Source of the DNA: Candidatus Latescibacterota bacterium
GTDB lineage: Bacteria > Latescibacterota > UBA2968
Reading direction: 5' to 3'
Assembly: GCA_965205975.1 (NCBI GenBank)
Contig: OZ242195.1
Location: 1,664,001-1,728,000 of the forward strand
Length of the DNA: 64,000 bases
Shown: positions 51,956 to 64,000 of the stretch, in pieces
Position numbering within the stretch: the first letter of the stretch is position 1
Layout of the letters: each line of letters opens with the position of its first letter
The notes under the pieces: generated by a model
What the model was told of the DNA's origin: nothing
The model's input: only the letters and a program-made list of their open reading frames with translations
Databases searched by the model: none
Position numbers and translations under genes: made by a program

Positions 51956-54900
51956 TCAAGCATTAATTGGAGGTAAACCAATGCTTTCAGTGCTCTCTTC
52001 TGCGAGGGCTTCAAAGACCTGCGATTCTTCCACCACATCTGTATCCAAATCGCGATATTTCAAAGCACCTGTACCGGCGGGAATGAGGTGCCCGATGATC
52101 ACATTTTCCTTTAATCCCAACAGCGCGTCAACTTTACCCTGTACTGCTGCTTCGGTAAGCACGCGGGTAGTTTCCTGGAAAGACGCTGCCGAAATGAAAC
52201 TCTCGGTCAAAAGAGAGGCTCGGGTAATCCCCAACAAGACGGGATTGTTAGTTGCGGGATCGCCCCCTTCAGCGAGGACCTTTTCATTTTCCTCGAGGAA
52301 GCGGAACCGGTCAACGAGTTCGTCTTCGAGAAAATTGGTATCTCCAGGATCTGTCACCTGCACTTTCTGCAACATCTGTCGGACTATGGTTTCAATATGC
52401 TTGTCATTGATTTTCACACCCTGGAGCCGATAAACCTGCTGAATTTCGTCAAGGAGATATTCTTGAACTTTCCGGTCTCCCAGAATAGCCAGAATATCGT
52501 GTGGATTTACCGACCCCTCAGAGAGACGGTCACCAGCGGTCACATGATCACCTTCTTGCACGCGCAGATGTCGTCCGTAGGGAATGGTGTATTTTTTTTC
52601 TTCGCCCTCATCCGCCGTGACCAGGACAACACGCGAGCCTCTCACCATACCACCAAAACGCACCGAGCCGTTGATTTCTGTTACCACAGAAGCCTCTTTG
52701 GGGCGACGCGCCTCAAAAAGCTCAGCAACACGCGGCAAACCACCTGTAATATCTCGTGTTTTGCTGCGTTCTCGCGAAATTTTAGCCAGTGTATCGCCAG
52801 CTTCTACTCGATCGCCATCGCGCACCACCAGACGCGCTCCGAGAGGAATGATATAATGGCCCAGTTCTTCGCCATCTTCATCAACAACCAGAATGTGCGG
52901 AGATAAGGTGCGATCCCGGTGCTCAATCACGACCAGTCCAGCAATGCTGGTGGTTTCATCAATCTCTTCGCGATATGTCATCCCTTCTACGAGATCCACA
53001 AACTGAACCCTACCAGCTTTGGGCGATACAATCACATTATTATAGGGGTCCCATTCGTAGAGTGCCTGGTCCTCTTCCACATTTTGCCCCTCCCGCACGC
53101 GCAACACGGCTCCATGCGGGACATGGTAGTGCCCCCCTCTTACACGCCCCTGATCATCCTGTACTTCGATCTCACCATTCCGCCCGACCACAACCCACGA
53201 ATTTTCATCGCGCTGGACAGACTCGAGATGCTTAAAGATGACTTTTCCCGCACGCTTTGCACCAATCTCAGCCTGCTCGGCAATGCGGTTGGTAGTACCA
53301 CCAATATGAAAAGTGCGCAATGTCAGTTGCGTTCCCGGTTCACCCACACTCTGGGCAGCGATAACACCCACAGCCTCTCCGATATCAACAGGTAGTCCGG
53401 TGGCGGGATTGCGACCATAACAGGCCATACAGACCCCTCGCCGAGTTTCACACGTCAGTACGGACCGCACCCAGACGCCTTCAATACCTGCATCGGCAAT
53501 TTTGTCAGCCAATTCTTCATCCAATAAAACGCCTGCGTCAACAATGCGGTCACCTGTAATGGGGTCTTCCACATCCTCTAGCACTGTGCGTCCTACAATG
53601 CGGTCAGACAGCGATTCAACAACTTCTTCTCCTTCTTTCAAAGCTTCCATTTCAATGCCTAATATCGTTCCGCAATCGGCTTCAGAAATAACCACATCTT
53701 GCGACACATCCACCATGCGACGCGTCAAGTATCCCGCTTCAGCGGTCTTCAAGGCCGTATCGGCCAGACCCTTGCGACTACCGTGCGTCGAAATAAAATA
53801 CTCAAGCACGCTCAGACCTTCTTTAAGCGACGAAATAATAGGTGTTTCAATAATTTCGCCAATCGCTCCCGTCAATTTCTTTTGCGGTTTATTCATCAGC
53901 CCGCGCATACCACCGAGTTGCTTGATCTGATCGTCGTTGCCTCGCGCGCCTGAATCCTTCATAATCCAGATCGAATTGAAGCCATTTTCAGCTTTTTCAA
54001 ATGCACCAATCATGGCCTGGGCAATGTGATTAGTCGTATGCTGCCACACATCAATCACTTTGTTGTAGCGTTCGCCCTCAGTAATAGCCCCGATCGCGTG
54101 TTGTTCAATAATTTTTTCTACTTCGTCCATAGCACCGGTAATCAACTCTTCCTTTTCAGGAGGCACGACCACATCGCTCACCGCAATCGAAATACCCGAA
54201 CGCGTCGCATAATCGTATCCCAATTTCTTTAAGCCATCGAGAAAATTTGTCGTAATGCGGTTGCCATACCGACTGTGGACTTCAGAAGAAACTTTGCGGA
54301 TACCTTTGTCATCGATCAACTCATTGATAAAGGGCATCGTTTCAGGGATAATTTCATTAAAAATGACGCGCCCAACTGTAGTTATCAAAAGTTTGCCATC
54401 AATGCGAACGCGCACGGCTTCGTGCAAGCCAATGCGTTCAAAATCATACGCCATGCGAGCTTCACCGGTACTGCTAAAGGTTTTGAGGTCCTCTTCCTTA
54501 CCGTGAACAATTTTTGTCAGATAATACAGGCCCAATGCTATTTCCTGGGGTTTATCGACCACAACAGGAGACCCGTCGGCGGGTTTGAGCAAATTGTTTG
54601 AAGACAGCATCAATACTCGCGCTTCAATCTGGGCCTCAAAAGAAAGTGGCAGATGCACGGCCATTTGATCACCGTCAAAATCGGCATTAAAGGCCGCACA
54701 GACCAGAGGATGAATGCGAATGGCTTTGCCTTCCACGAGCACGGGTAAAAACGCCTGAATCCCCAGGCGATGCAATGTCGGGGCGCGATTGAGTAAAACG
54801 CAGTGATCCTGGATAATTTCTTCGAGAATATCCCATACTTCGACGCGTTCGCGTTCGACCAATTTCTTTGCACTTTTAACGGTTTGCACAAGCCCCTTTT

Positions 54901-56047
54901 CTTCGAGCCGCCGAATAATAAATGGCTTGAATAATTCCAGAGCCATATGTTTGGGCAGACCGCATTGATAAAGTCTCAAATGAGGATCAACCACAATCAC
55001 AGAACGGCCCGAATAATCGACGCGTTTACCCAAAAGATTCTGTCGGAACCGGCCTTGTTTACCCTTGAGCAGATCGGAAAGCGACTTGAGGGAACGGTTG
55101 CCATCACCGCGAACAGCACGGGACCGACGACCATTGTCAAACAGAGCATCTACAGCCTCTTGAAGCATGCGTTTTTCATTGCGTAAAATGACTTCGGGCG
55201 CTTTGATTTCAATCAGTTTTTTTAGCCGATTATTTCTATTGATCACGCGGCGGTATAAATCATTGAGGTCCGAGGTTGCAAATCGCCCTCCCTCTAAGGG
55301 TACAAGAGGACGCAAGTCGGGCGGAATGACGGGAATCACATCGAGAATCATCCAATCGGGCTGATTGTCCGATTGACGGAACGCCTCAACGACCTTGAGG
55401 CGTTTGAGCGCCTCCTGTTTGCGTTGCACCGAAGTCTCGAAACGAGCTTGCGTTCGCAGTTCTGCAGACAAATCCTCAATATCGATATCAGACAGCAGTT
55501 TCTTGATCGCACCAGCCCCCATATCCACATCAAACGAATACCCCTCGTCTTCGAGATCAATCACTTCGTCTTCTGTTAACAAATCTTTGGATTTGAGATC
55601 GGGCGCGTCGCCAGGATCAAGCACCACATACGATTCGTAGTAAATGATCCGCTCGAGATTGCGAACGGAAAGATTGAGCAAATACCCCATGCGAGATGGC
55701 AGAGACTTAAAAAACCAGATATGTGTCACCGGAACCGCCAATTCGATATGCCCCAGCCGTTCTCGTCTGACTTTCGATTGGGTCACTTCTACCCCACACC
55801 GATCACACACCACCCCCCGATATCGAATGCGCTTGTATTTACCACAATGGCACTCCCAGTCTTTAACAGGTCCAAAAATGCATTCGCAAAATAAACCATC
55901 GCGCTCGGGCTTAAAAGACCGATAATTGATGGTTTCCGGTTTGGTGACCTCGCCGCGAGACCACCCGCGGATGGTATCTGGCGAAGCCAGTTGAATGCGA
56001 ATTGAATTAAAATCTAAGGGTTGATTAGCAAAATTGGCATCGGCCAC
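51956..56047 (-). CDS. rpoC: RNA polymerase beta' subunit
   Basis: NADFDGD, Zn-finger [18 protein letters not shown]. Confidence 0.99.
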   Translation of the reverse strand: MADANFANQPLDFNSIRIQLASPDTIRGWSRGEVTKPETINYRSFKPERDGLFCECIFGPVKDWECHCGKYKRIRYRGVVCDRCGVEVTQSKVRRERLGHIELAVPVTHIWFFKSLPSRMGYLLNLSVRNLERIIYYESYVVLDPGDAPDLKSKDLLTEDEVIDLEDEGYSFDVDMGAGAIKKLLSDIDIEDLSAELRTQARFETSVQRKQEALKRLKVVEAFRQSDNQPDWMILDVIPVIPPDLRPLVPLEGGRFATSDLNDLYRRVINRNNRLKKLIEIKAPEVILRNEKRMLQEAVDALFDNGRRSRAVRGDGNRSLKSLSDLLKGKQGRFRQNLLGKRVDYSGRSVIVVDPHLRLYQCGLPKHMALELFKPFIIRRLEEKGLVQTVKSAKKLVERERVEVWDILEEIIQDHCVLLNRAPTLHRLGIQAFLPVLVEGKAIRIHPLVCAAFNADFDGDQMAVHLPLSFEAQIEARVLMLSSNNLLKPADGSPVVVDKPQEIALGLYYLTKIVHGKEEDLKTFSSTGEARMAYDFERIGLHEAVRVRIDGKLLITTVGRVIFNEIIPETMPFINELIDDKGIRKVSSEVHSRYGNRITTNFLDGLKKLGYDYATRSGISIAVSDVVVPPEKEELITGAMDEVEKIIEQHAIGAITEGERYNKVIDVWQHTTNHIAQAMIGAFEKAENGFNSIWIMKDSGARGNDDQIKQLGGMRGLMNKPQKKLTGAIGEIIETPIISSLKEGLSVLEYFISTHGSRKGLADTALKTAEAGYLTRRMVDVSQDVVISEADCGTILGIEMEALKEGEEVVESLSDRIVGRTVLEDVEDPITGDRIVDAGVLLDEELADKIADAGIEGVWVRSVLTCETRRGVCMACYGRNPATGLPVDIGEAVGVIAAQSVGEPGTQLTLRTFHIGGTTNRIAEQAEIGAKRAGKVIFKHLESVQRDENSWVVVGRNGEIEVQDDQGRVRGGHYHVPHGAVLRVREGQNVEEDQALYEWDPYNNVIVSPKAGRVQFVDLVEGMTYREEIDETTSIAGLVVIEHRDRTLSPHILVVDEDGEELGHYIIPLGARLVVRDGDRVEAGDTLAKISRERSKTRDITGGLPRVAELFEARRPKEASVVTEINGSVRFGGMVRGSRVVLVTADEGEEKKYTIPYGRHLRVQEGDHVTAGDRLSEGSVNPHDILAILGDRKVQEYLLDEIQQVYRLQGVKINDKHIETIVRQMLQKVQVTDPGDTNFLEDELVDRFRFLEENEKVLAEGGDPATNNPVLLGITRASLLTESFISAASFQETTRVLTEAAVQGKVDALLGLKENVIIGHLIPAGTGALKYRDLDTDVVEESQVFEALAEESTESIGLPPINA

Positions 56048-56077
56048 GAGAGGACCCCCTTTTCAAATCTTATGTCG

Positions 56078-59000
56078 TCAGTCTATCTGCGCGCTTTCGA
56101 GTACCACGTCTAAACACAGGCTTTGCAATTCTTTAACCAGAACATTAAATGATTCCGGCACACCGGGTTCGGGTGGATTTTCTCCTTTTACAATGGTCTC
56201 GTAAATTTTGGATCTGCCCGCCACATCGTCGGACTTGACAGTGAGCATTTCCTGTAACATGTGTGCAGCACCATAAGCTTCGAGCGCCCAAACTTCCATT
56301 TCCCCAAAGCGCTGTCCACCAAATTGGGCTTTGCCGCCCAAAGGTTGCTGGGTGACCAGTGAATAGGGTCCAATCGAACGCGCGTGAATCTTATCACTGA
56401 CCAAATGCGATAGTTTCAACATATAAATGATACCGACCATCACTTCTTTATCAAATGGTTCCCCTGTTTTGCCATCGTAAAGGAGTGTTTTTCCGTTTTC
56501 GGGCAAACCAGCTTCTCGCAACATATCCTGGACATCGTCCATGCTCGCGCCATCAAACACAGGGGTCGCAAAGTGGAGGTCCAGTTTGTGGGCTGCCCAA
56601 CCTAAATGGGTTTCGAGGATTTGGCCAAGATTCATGCGAGAAGGTACACCGAGCGGATTCAAAACCAGGTCAATAGGTGTACCATCGGGCAAATAGGGCA
56701 TATCTTCTTCGGGCACAATAATCGAAATCACACCCTTATTGCCGTGCCTACCGGCCATTTTATCCCCTACCATCAGCTTTCTTTTTCGAGCGACATATAC
56801 CTTGACCAGTTGCACAATGCCCGGCGGGAGTTCATCTCCGCGTGCAATTTTTTCAAGCTCTCGCTCGAGTTCTTCTTCAGCCTGTTGCATCACGTAAGCC
56901 GCCAGTTCAATCAGTCGATCCACTTTTTGGGTTATCGCTGGACTATCACACCAATCCCCGTCGGGTGTTACAACGCCCAGGTCAAATTTTTCCAGCAACC
57001 TTTCATTCAGCGCCGTGCCAGCCTTTACAACCACCTTGCCGTCTTCATCGCGCAGGGTATTGACTTTGCGGTTTTTGAGAAGAGCCAAAACCTGCTGATC
57101 GCGGCTTTGTTTCAATGACTCAATCTTGTCAGAAATGCGTTTTCTGGCAGCTTCGGTCTTTCCTTTGTCTTCATTTCGCGTCTTTTCATCGCGCTCTTTA
57201 CGAGAAAAAACTTTGCGATCCATGACTACGCCATCCATTCCAGGGGGAGCTTTGAGCGATGCATCGCGCACATCGCCAGCCTTTTCGCCAAAAATCGCAC
57301 GCAACAAACGCTCTTCGGGCGACAATTCGGTTTCGCCCTTTGGGGTCACCTTCCCAACGAGAATATCACCCTGATTGACCTCTGCCCCCACGCGAATGAT
57401 GCCGTGTTCATCGAGATTGCGAACAGCCTGCTCACTCACGTTGGGAATTTCACGCGTAATTTCTTCTGTGCCGCGTTTGGTATCGCGGACCTGGAGTTCA
57501 AATTCTTCAATGCTAATTGACGTGAAAATATCCTTTTTAATGAGCCGTTCAGAAACAATAATGGCATCTTCAAAGTTGTACCCATGCCACGACATAAACG
57601 CCACGAGCACATTGGCACCCAGTGCGAGATCTCCTCTATCTGTGGCACAACCATCGGCTAATAACTGTCCCTTTTCAACTTTATCTCCAACCTGTACGGC
57701 TGGGCGCTGGTTGATACAAAAATCTTGATTGGATCGCTTGAATTTGGTCAGATCGTAAATGTCTTCATCAGACAGCGAAATGGTTTCAAGACTGCGACTT
57801 TTCCTGCGTTTAATGACAATTTTGTCAGCACTGACATACGTCACAACACCGGCGTTTTTCGCAATGATCACAGCCTTTGAATCAACGGCAACTTTGCGCT
57901 CGAGGCCCGTTCCAACACGCGGGGCGTCCGTGATTAAGAGAGGCACACCTTGCCGCTGCATATTGGACCCCATCAACGCGCGGTTGGCCTCATCGTGTTC
58001 GAGAAAAGGAATGAGTCCGGCGGCGGCACTCACAAGCTGGAAGGGTGAAACGTCCATATAGTCAATCACTTCGGGATCAACCACGGGAAAATCGCCTCGC
58101 CGCCTCGCCTGCACGACAGTATTTTGAAACTCGCCCTTATCATCAAGAGCCAGATTGGCCTGTGCAATAGTATGGCGATCTTCTTCGTCGGCAGGCAAAT
58201 ATGCAATATCCTGTGAAACTTTGCCATTTTTGACCTTCCGATAGGGCGTCTCGAGAAAGCCAAAGGGATTGACCTTGGCATACGTTGCCACAGACACAAT
58301 CAGGCCAATATTTGGGCCTTCTGGCGTTTCGATAGGACAAATGCGACCATAGTGCGTGTGATGCACATCACGCACCTCAAACCCCGCCCGATCGCGCGTT
58401 AATCCCCCAGGTCCTAATGCCGATAAACGGCGTTTGTGGGTCAATTCGTCAAGCGGATTGATTTGCTGTAAAAACTGCGACAATTGGCTGCTGCCAAAAA
58501 AGGCCTGAACCACAGTAGATACAGTCCGTGCGTTGACCAGATCGTGGGGAGTCAGTTGCTCGGAATCGCGCAAACTCATGCGTTCTCTAATCGTGCGCGC
58601 CATGCGTGCCAAACCAATACTAAATTGCTTGGAGAGCAACTCGCCTACAGAGCGCACCCGCCGATTGCCCAAATGATCGATATCATCGGTAAACCCATCC
58701 CCCATAGCCAGGATGAGTAGATAGTCAATGACTTTAATAAAGTCATCAATACACAGCATGGTGAAGTCGAGCGGAATATTATCGACCATATCCAGACGCT
58801 GGTTAATGCGATAGCGCCCGACAGTACCCAGATTATAACGCCGAGGACTGAAAAAATGTCGCTCGAGCAATCCGCGCGCAGTTTCAATATTGGGTGGATC
58901 GCCAGGGCGCAGCAGGCTATAAATCCGCGCGAGTGCTTCTTCTTCGTTATCACACGGATCTTTGTCCAGCGTATTGTTAATAATCCCGCCATCGTTTTCG

Positions 59001-59851
59001 GGATCGATATCCATCACAGTGATTTTGACGATCGCATTTTCCTTAAGGGCTAAGAGATGTTCCTCCGTCAACGTGGTATATGCTTCGACAATCACTTCTC
59101 CCGTCTTTTTATTAACCACATCTTCGGTAACAATGCAATCGACGAGTTCTTCAGTAACTCTGACTGTGGTATCACCGTGAAAAATACCCAGAATTTCCTC
59201 GGACTTGTCAAACCCCAAAGCTCTCAACAAAGTCGTAACAGGCAATTTGCGTTTGCGGTCGATATGGACGTACATAATATCGTTGATATCGAGACTAAAT
59301 TCGAGCCAGGCTCCGTTGTCGGGAATGATTCTGGCTGAAAATAAACGCTTGCCATTAGGATGAATGGAGTCGTCAAAAAATACGCCAGGAGAACGGTGTA
59401 ATTGGCTGACGATCACACGCTCTGAACCATTGATGACAAATGTACCTTCATTGGTCATCAACGGCAATTCGCCTAAAAACACTGTCTGCTCGACGATATC
59501 TTTAATGCGAAATTCGCTATTTCCCTGCTTTTCTCGGGAAACCAGACGAAGTGTCGAACGCAGAGGTACGGCATGAGTCGTACCGCGTTCGAGACATTCT
59601 TGTACATCGTATTTAGGAGTTCCAACGGAATAATCTACAAACTCTAAAGAATAGAGATTGTGGGCGTCTGTGATCGGGAAGATACCCTGGAAGACCGCCT
59701 GTAGCCCTTGCTTTTCGCGTACTACAGGCGGTGTATCCTTCTGTAAAAACCAGTCATAAGAATCGAGCTGGATATCCAGCAGATTCGGCATTTCGATTGC
59801 AGACGTGAGAGTTCCATACGATTTCCGGTCAATAAATCCTCTATCTGCCAA
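56078..59851 (-). CDS. rpoB: RNA polymerase beta subunit
   Basis: [21 protein letters not shown]. Confidence 0.99.
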   Translation of the reverse strand: MADRGFIDRKSYGTLTSAIEMPNLLDIQLDSYDWFLQKDTPPVVREKQGLQAVFQGIFPITDAHNLYSLEFVDYSVGTPKYDVQECLERGTTHAVPLRSTLRLVSREKQGNSEFRIKDIVEQTVFLGELPLMTNEGTFVINGSERVIVSQLHRSPGVFFDDSIHPNGKRLFSARIIPDNGAWLEFSLDINDIMYVHIDRKRKLPVTTLLRALGFDKSEEILGIFHGDTTVRVTEELVDCIVTEDVVNKKTGEVIVEAYTTLTEEHLLALKENAIVKITVMDIDPENDGGIINNTLDKDPCDNEEEALARIYSLLRPGDPPNIETARGLLERHFFSPRRYNLGTVGRYRINQRLDMVDNIPLDFTMLCIDDFIKVIDYLLILAMGDGFTDDIDHLGNRRVRSVGELLSKQFSIGLARMARTIRERMSLRDSEQLTPHDLVNARTVSTVVQAFFGSSQLSQFLQQINPLDELTHKRRLSALGPGGLTRDRAGFEVRDVHHTHYGRICPIETPEGPNIGLIVSVATYAKVNPFGFLETPYRKVKNGKVSQDIAYLPADEEDRHTIAQANLALDDKGEFQNTVVQARRRGDFPVVDPEVIDYMDVSPFQLVSAAAGLIPFLEHDEANRALMGSNMQRQGVPLLITDAPRVGTGLERKVAVDSKAVIIAKNAGVVTYVSADKIVIKRRKSRSLETISLSDEDIYDLTKFKRSNQDFCINQRPAVQVGDKVEKGQLLADGCATDRGDLALGANVLVAFMSWHGYNFEDAIIVSERLIKKDIFTSISIEEFELQVRDTKRGTEEITREIPNVSEQAVRNLDEHGIIRVGAEVNQGDILVGKVTPKGETELSPEERLLRAIFGEKAGDVRDASLKAPPGMDGVVMDRKVFSRKERDEKTRNEDKGKTEAARKRISDKIESLKQSRDQQVLALLKNRKVNTLRDEDGKVVVKAGTALNERLLEKFDLGVVTPDGDWCDSPAITQKVDRLIELAAYVMQQAEEELERELEKIARGDELPPGIVQLVKVYVARKRKLMVGDKMAGRHGNKGVISIIVPEEDMPYLPDGTPIDLVLNPLGVPSRMNLGQILETHLGWAAHKLDLHFATPVFDGASMDDVQDMLREAGLPENGKTLLYDGKTGEPFDKEVMVGIIYMLKLSHLVSDKIHARSIGPYSLVTQQPLGGKAQFGGQRFGEMEVWALEAYGAAHMLQEMLTVKSDDVAGRSKIYETIVKGENPPEPGVPESFNVLVKELQSLCLDVVLESAQID

Positions 59852-59924
59852 GGGCTCACGCTCCTGTGCTGGAAGGCTAACGGTCAGTTACGGATTTGTA
59901 TTGCTGCACAAACTTACGACAACT

Positions 59925-60299
59925 CTACTTGAGTTCCACCACCGCACCGGCTTCTTCCAGTTCTGCCTTGATTTGTTCGGCTTCTTCTTTTTCCACGCCT
60001 TCTCTTACGGTGTTGGGAGCCCCATCAACCAGAGCTTTGGCTTCTTTAAGGCCCAATGAGGTAAGGCCGCGCACAACCTTGATCACCTGGATTTTTTTAT
60101 CCCCAGGAGACGACAAAACCACATCAAATTCTGTCTGCTCTTCTGCAACAGGAGCAGCATCGCCGCCACCACCGCCGGGTGCTGCAACAACAGCTGCCTG
60201 CGCAGTCACACCAAACTTTTCCTCAAGAGCTTTGACCAATTCGGCCAACTCTAGCACTGAGAGTTTTTCAATTTCGCTAATAATGGATTCAACAGCCAT
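59925..60299 (-). CDS. rplL: 50S ribosomal protein L7/L12
   Basis: EEKFGV.A, LGLKEAK. Confidence 0.97.
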   Translation of the reverse strand: MAVESIISEIEKLSVLELAELVKALEEKFGVTAQAAVVAAPGGGGGDAAPVAEEQTEFDVVLSSPGDKKIQVIKVVRGLTSLGLKEAKALVDGAPNTVREGVEKEEAEQIKAELEEAGAVVELK

Positions 60300-60344
60300 G
60301 AACATGCCTCCATCCAACAATGAATTGGGTGTGTAATAAGCGGT

Positions 60345-60878
60345 CTATTCGCCGCTTTCTTCATCTTTTTTTTCAGCAACAGCTTGAAGTGTACCAACGA
60401 GTTTTTGCAAAATACCATTCAGCGTAAAGGCGAGACCACTTATCGGACTTTGCATTGCAGATACCATCTGGCCCAGCAGAACATCGCGCGAAGGTATTTG
60501 GGCCAGCCTCTCTATCTGGTCTGCGACAAATATATCACCATCGATATACCCGGCTTTAATCGCGGGCTTGCCTTCGGTATCTTCAGCGAATTTGGACAGC
60601 AAACGGGCCGGTGCTACGGGGTCTTCATCGGCGCAAACAAGCCCAGTGGGACCGCGAAACACATCGTCGAGCCCCTCAACTCCGGCTTGTTTAAGTGCCA
60701 ATTTAGCCAACCGATTTTTTATTACGCGATAAGAAACCGATTCCTCGCGGAGTTGCTTTCGCAACAGGGTGAATGAAGGAACGTCTAACCCCGTAAAATC
60801 AGTTAGATACACCCCCTTAGCCCGTTTTAAGATATCTGTCAATTCTGCGACAGTAGCCTCTTTTTCAGCAGTTGGCAT
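60345..60878 (-). CDS. rplJ: 50S ribosomal protein L10
   Basis: KNRLA, GPT, LAQIPSR. Confidence 0.95.
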   Translation of the reverse strand: MPTAEKEATVAELTDILKRAKGVYLTDFTGLDVPSFTLLRKQLREESVSYRVIKNRLAKLALKQAGVEGLDDVFRGPTGLVCADEDPVAPARLLSKFAEDTEGKPAIKAGYIDGDIFVADQIERLAQIPSRDVLLGQMVSAMQSPISGLAFTLNGILQKLVGTLQAVAEKKDEESGE

Positions 60879-60895
60879 TTCTGTACCTTCCTTGT

Positions 60896-61597
60896 TCAAT
60901 TGGCCGCCAGCGCCGTGCGGTCCAGGCGGATGCCCGGCCCCATTGTAGTAGATAATGTGACCGAGCGCATGTACTGCCCTTTTGTAGCAGCTGGACGCGC
61001 TCTAATAATTGCATCGATCAGTACCTGGGCATTTTCCCGAAGGCGCAGTGCATCAAAAGACGCTTTGCCCACAGGCGTATGCACATTGGCCGTTCTATCG
61101 ACTCGATATTCTACACGCCCCGCTTTGGCTTCCTGTACCGCACGCGCCGCATCGGGCGTCACTGTGCCACTCTTCGGATTGGGCATCAGACCTCGAGGTC
61201 CAAGAATGCGCCCCAATCGTCCGACCTGTCCCATCATGTCGGGCGTAGCAATAGCCACATCGAAATCTGTCCAGCCACCATTGATCTTTTCTACCAGGTC
61301 TTCGGCTCCTACAAAATCTGCCCCCGCCGCTTCGGCAGCAGTAGCAGGCTCCCCTTTGGCAAAAACTGCAACGCGTACGGATTTGCCCAGCCCGTGTGGC
61401 AAGACGACTGTGCCGCGCACGAGTTGATCGGCTTGCCGAGGATCAATGCCCAGCCGAAACGAAATCTCAACCGTTTCGTCAAATTTCCGAGTGGGCATTT
61501 TTTTTAAGATGTCAATGGCGTCGGCCAGATCGTAATGTGTTTGGCGGTCAAAAAGCGCAGCCGCTTGTTTATAGCGTTTGGATTGCCCTCGTGCCAT
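60896..61597 (-). CDS. rplA: 50S ribosomal protein L1
   Basis: [18 protein letters not shown]. Confidence 0.97.
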   Translation of the reverse strand: MARGQSKRYKQAAALFDRQTHYDLADAIDILKKMPTRKFDETVEISFRLGIDPRQADQLVRGTVVLPHGLGKSVRVAVFAKGEPATAAEAAGADFVGAEDLVEKINGGWTDFDVAIATPDMMGQVGRLGRILGPRGLMPNPKSGTVTPDAARAVQEAKAGRVEYRVDRTANVHTPVGKASFDALRLRENAQVLIDAIIRARPAATKGQYMRSVTLSTTMGPGIRLDRTALAAN

Positions 61598-61609
61598 ACA
61601 TACCTCCGA

Positions 61610-62035
61610 TCAATTGTTGACGGTCAGGCCCATACTGCGAGCCGTCCCTGCAATCATGCGCTTGGCAGCCTCGACGCTGCCCGCGTTGAGGTCTTGAACT
61701 TTCATTTCTGCAATTTCCTGTAGTTGGGCATCGGTCACGGCCCCCACTTTGTCTCGGTTGGATTCCGGCGATCCTTTGGCAATCCCCGCTGCCCTTTTGA
61801 GCAATACGGATGCAGGTGGGCTTTTCAACACAAAAGAAAAACTCCTATCTGCGTAAACCGTGATAATCGCGGGAATGATCAAACCCTGTTTGTCCTGAGT
61901 TTGTGCATTAAAAGCTTTGCAAAACTCCATAATATTGACGCCGTGCTGTCCCAAAGCCGGACCAACCGGTGGTGTGGGAGTCGCCTGCCCAGCGGGAATT
62001 TGCAACTTGATTGTCGTGAGAATTTTTCTCGCCAT
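61610..62035 (-). CDS. rplK: 50S ribosomal protein L11
   Basis: [16 protein letters not shown]. Confidence 0.97.
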   Translation of the reverse strand: MARKILTTIKLQIPAGQATPTPPVGPALGQHGVNIMEFCKAFNAQTQDKQGLIIPAIITVYADRSFSFVLKSPPASVLLKRAAGIAKGSPESNRDKVGAVTDAQLQEIAEMKVQDLNAGSVEAAKRMIAGTARSMGLTVNN

Positions 62036-62048
62036 TGGTGCCTCTCAA

Positions 62049-62585
62049 TTATCGCGATTCGACAGCTTCTTCAACCTGCAAAACATCTAATTCTACGGGT
62101 GTGTTGCGCCCAAAGATACTAACCATTACTTTGATCTTGCTCTTTTCTGGATTGATGTCGTCAACCAGGCCAATAAAATCACTGAAAGGCCCATCTATCA
62201 CCTTGACGCGATCACCTACTTGATATGGAACATCAGAGGTTTCCTCAACGGGACGGCGCTCAATTTGCCCCAAAATGCGGTTCACCTCTTCCTCGCGCAA
62301 AGGTTGTGGTCTCCGACCCGGACCGACAAAGCTCGTCACGCCCGGCACACTGGTGACAAAATAGAGGGACTCTTTGTCCATATCCAGTTCAACCAAAAGG
62401 TAACTGGGCAAAAATTTCTTGAGGGAGGTCGTTTTCCGTCCATCCTTCATCTCGACGACTTCTTCAGTTGGCACAATCACCCGACCAATTTTGTCGCCAA
62501 CATCGATGTTTTCTTTGGCGGCCTCAATATAGCTCTTGACCTTATTTTCGTGCCCAGAATAAGTGTGGACAACGTACCATTTCAT
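62049..62585 (-). CDS. nusG: Transcription factor NusG
   Basis: WYVVHTYSGHE, KOW GPF, IFGR.TPVEL. Confidence 0.97.
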   Translation of the reverse strand: MKWYVVHTYSGHENKVKSYIEAAKENIDVGDKIGRVIVPTEEVVEMKDGRKTTSLKKFLPSYLLVELDMDKESLYFVTSVPGVTSFVGPGRRPQPLREEEVNRILGQIERRPVEETSDVPYQVGDRVKVIDGPFSDFIGLVDDINPEKSKIKVMVSIFGRNTPVELDVLQVEEAVESR

Positions 62586-62615
62586 CAGTCGAAGACTCCC
62601 TGACAAAAAATCCCG

Positions 62616-62801
62616 TTAAATCAGGATAAACTCCATAATACTCGCCAAAAAAGTATCTACAATATAAATGAACCCAGCCAGTGCAAGTGACAATATAAGT
62701 ACTATTGTAGTTGATGATTTGAGTTCGTCACGAGTAGGCCAGGTGACTTTTCCCATTTCAACGCGCACTTCGCTGAGAAATTGACTGATTTTGCCAAACA
62801 T
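62616..62801 (-). CDS. secE: Preprotein translocase SecE
   Basis: EMGKVTWP plus one TM. Confidence 0.95.
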   Translation of the reverse strand: MFGKISQFLSEVRVEMGKVTWPTRDELKSSTTIVLILSLALAGFIYIVDTFLASIMEFILI

Positions 62802-62817
62802 AAGAAAATAAAAAAAA

Positions 62818-62893
62818 TGGCAGGCCAGGCAGGACTTGAACCCGCAACCGTCGGTTTTGGAGACCGATGCTCTACCAGTTGAGCTACTGACCT
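62818..62893 (-). tRNA. tRNA-Trp (CCA)
   Basis: 76-nt cloverleaf; anticodon CCA; encoded 3' CCA. Confidence 0.95.
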
Positions 62894-62905
62894 ACCCAAA
62901 AACAA

Positions 62906-62981
<76 letters not shown>

Positions 62982-63006
62982 GTTGGGCAATCCCCACTTG
63001 AGATTC

Positions 63007-63083
63007 TGGAGCGGGAAACGGGACTCGAACCCGCGACCCTCAGCTTGGAAGGCTGACGCTCTGGCCAACTGAGCTATTCCCGC
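63007..63083 (-). tRNA. tRNA-Gly (TCC)
   Basis: GCGGGAA acceptor stem; anticodon TCC; encoded CCA. Confidence 0.95.
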
Positions 63084-63159
63084 CCGACTGTGTATAAAAA
63101 ACGACCCTTTTCTACAAAAGGGACCGGTATTGCCAAAAAATATTTTTCCGAGAATTAGC

Positions 63160-63188
63160 AAGATATGAAAAAGCCCGTCTAAGGTCAA
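63160..63188 (-). promoter_or_regulatory. Putative promoter upstream of tRNA-Gly
   Basis: TTGACC-17 bp-TATCTT on the minus strand. Confidence 0.5.
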
Positions 63189-63301
63189 GAAAATTTTGTA
63201 TAAACCCAAACCTGTGATAGATCAAAAAAGGTGAGTCGGTATCTTGTGTAATGCGAGCTTGGCACGTTCGCATTGTTTTGGGGGGAAACAGTTGGAGTTT
63301 T

Positions 63302-63387
63302 TGGTGGGGGGTGGCGGATTCGAACCACCGAAGGCATAAGCCAGCAGATTTACAGTCTGCCCCAGTTGGCCGCTTTGGTAACCCCCC
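63302..63387 (-). tRNA. tRNA-Tyr (GTA)
   Basis: 86 nt with long variable arm; anticodon loop CTGTAAA; encoded CCA. Confidence 0.95.
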
Positions 63388-63553
63388 AAATTGTACAGGC
63401 TTCAAAAAATACCAGAAGATATTTCGATAGTCAAGACCAAAATCGCTCACCGCCAATTGCAGATTGACAAATCTGCCGACCTTTACTATTTTCCGAGTTC
63501 AATTTTCGGCAGTTAATCTTCTCTTATCGGATGCCTGTTGTGAAAGGAGCAAA

Positions 63554-64000
63554 ATGACCGACCCTATTCAAAATTATGCGCGTATCGGTATTGTTCACTT
63601 TATGGCCTATAAAGCCTGCATTGGCGGCGAAGGCCCCATTTTGGAAACCCTGGAAAAAATTGCCCTTGACCCGTATTTCCAGGTCGTAGAAGTCACCCAC
63701 ATGAAAGACCCGCAAGTGCGAGCACAAGCACGCGACTTGCTCACCGCAGCCCACATGGATGTGGCTTTTGGAGCGCAACCCATTCTGCTGGGCAATCAAC
63801 TCAATATCAATGCCCCCGATGTCGCCCACCGTCAAAGTGCTGTTGACGCCGTCAAAGCGGGGATTGACCAGGCAGAAGAACTCGGTGCCCCAGGGTGTGC
63901 CCTGCTTTCAGGCGTAGATCCGGGTCCCGAGGGCCGCGAAGAAGGTCTCGACCTGCTGGTAGATTCTTTGAGCCAGTTCTGCGAGTATGCCGGCGAAAAA
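63554..64000 (+). CDS. Sugar-phosphate isomerase/epimerase TIM-barrel (AP endonuclease 2 family), 3' end outside window
   Basis: Read manually: MTDPIQNYARIGIVHFMAY...IDQAEELGAPGCALLSG; RBS AAGGAG. Confidence 0.7.
   Translation, partial: MTDPIQNYARIGIVHFMAYKACIGGEGPILETLEKIALDPYFQVVEVTHMKDPQVRAQARDLLTAAHMDVAFGAQPILLGNQLNINAPDVAHRQSAVDAVKAGIDQAEELGAPGCALLSGVDPGPEGREEGLDLLVDSLSQFCEYAGEK

Overview
Bacterial chromosomal window of about 50% GC. The gene repertoire (T9SS-type CTD protein with PorV, DUF6785 membrane proteins, a GWxTD protein, a GDFDxDGxVxFxDFL EF-hand/dockerin motif) suggests an FCB-superphylum organism such as Latescibacterota/Gemmatimonadota, possibly sponge-associated; this is inference. 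Bases 1-33.3 kb are accessory: a TonB receptor/CTD protein/PorV triad, a catabolic cluster (two DUF6785 paralogs, phosphotriesterase-family enzyme, sulfatase, MFS transporter), a GC-rich YetA/RG-lyase-like gene, heme o synthase with an ABC-2 exporter, a family B DNA polymerase, a propeller-TlpA lipoprotein, a BlaI/BlaR-type locus broken by a 1.5 kb transposase-less cassette with 26-bp terminal inverted repeats, a GWxTD protein, and galK with a GalE-GalT fusion. Bases 33.5-63.4 kb hold greA and a continuous minus-strand superoperon from tRNA-Tyr/Gly/Thr/Trp through secE-nusG, rpoBC, str, S10, spc and alpha. The most notable signals are (1) non-canonical residues in known antibiotic-binding sites of RpoB, RpoC, S12 and EF-Tu, including D516Q plus S522D in the rifamycin pocket, (2) the IS1595/ISNwi-like non-autonomous cargo cassette, (3) the GalE-GalT fusion and (4) a terminator in the greA leader. 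All family calls are by motif recognition without database searches. Residue numbers are E. coli equivalents aligned by eye.
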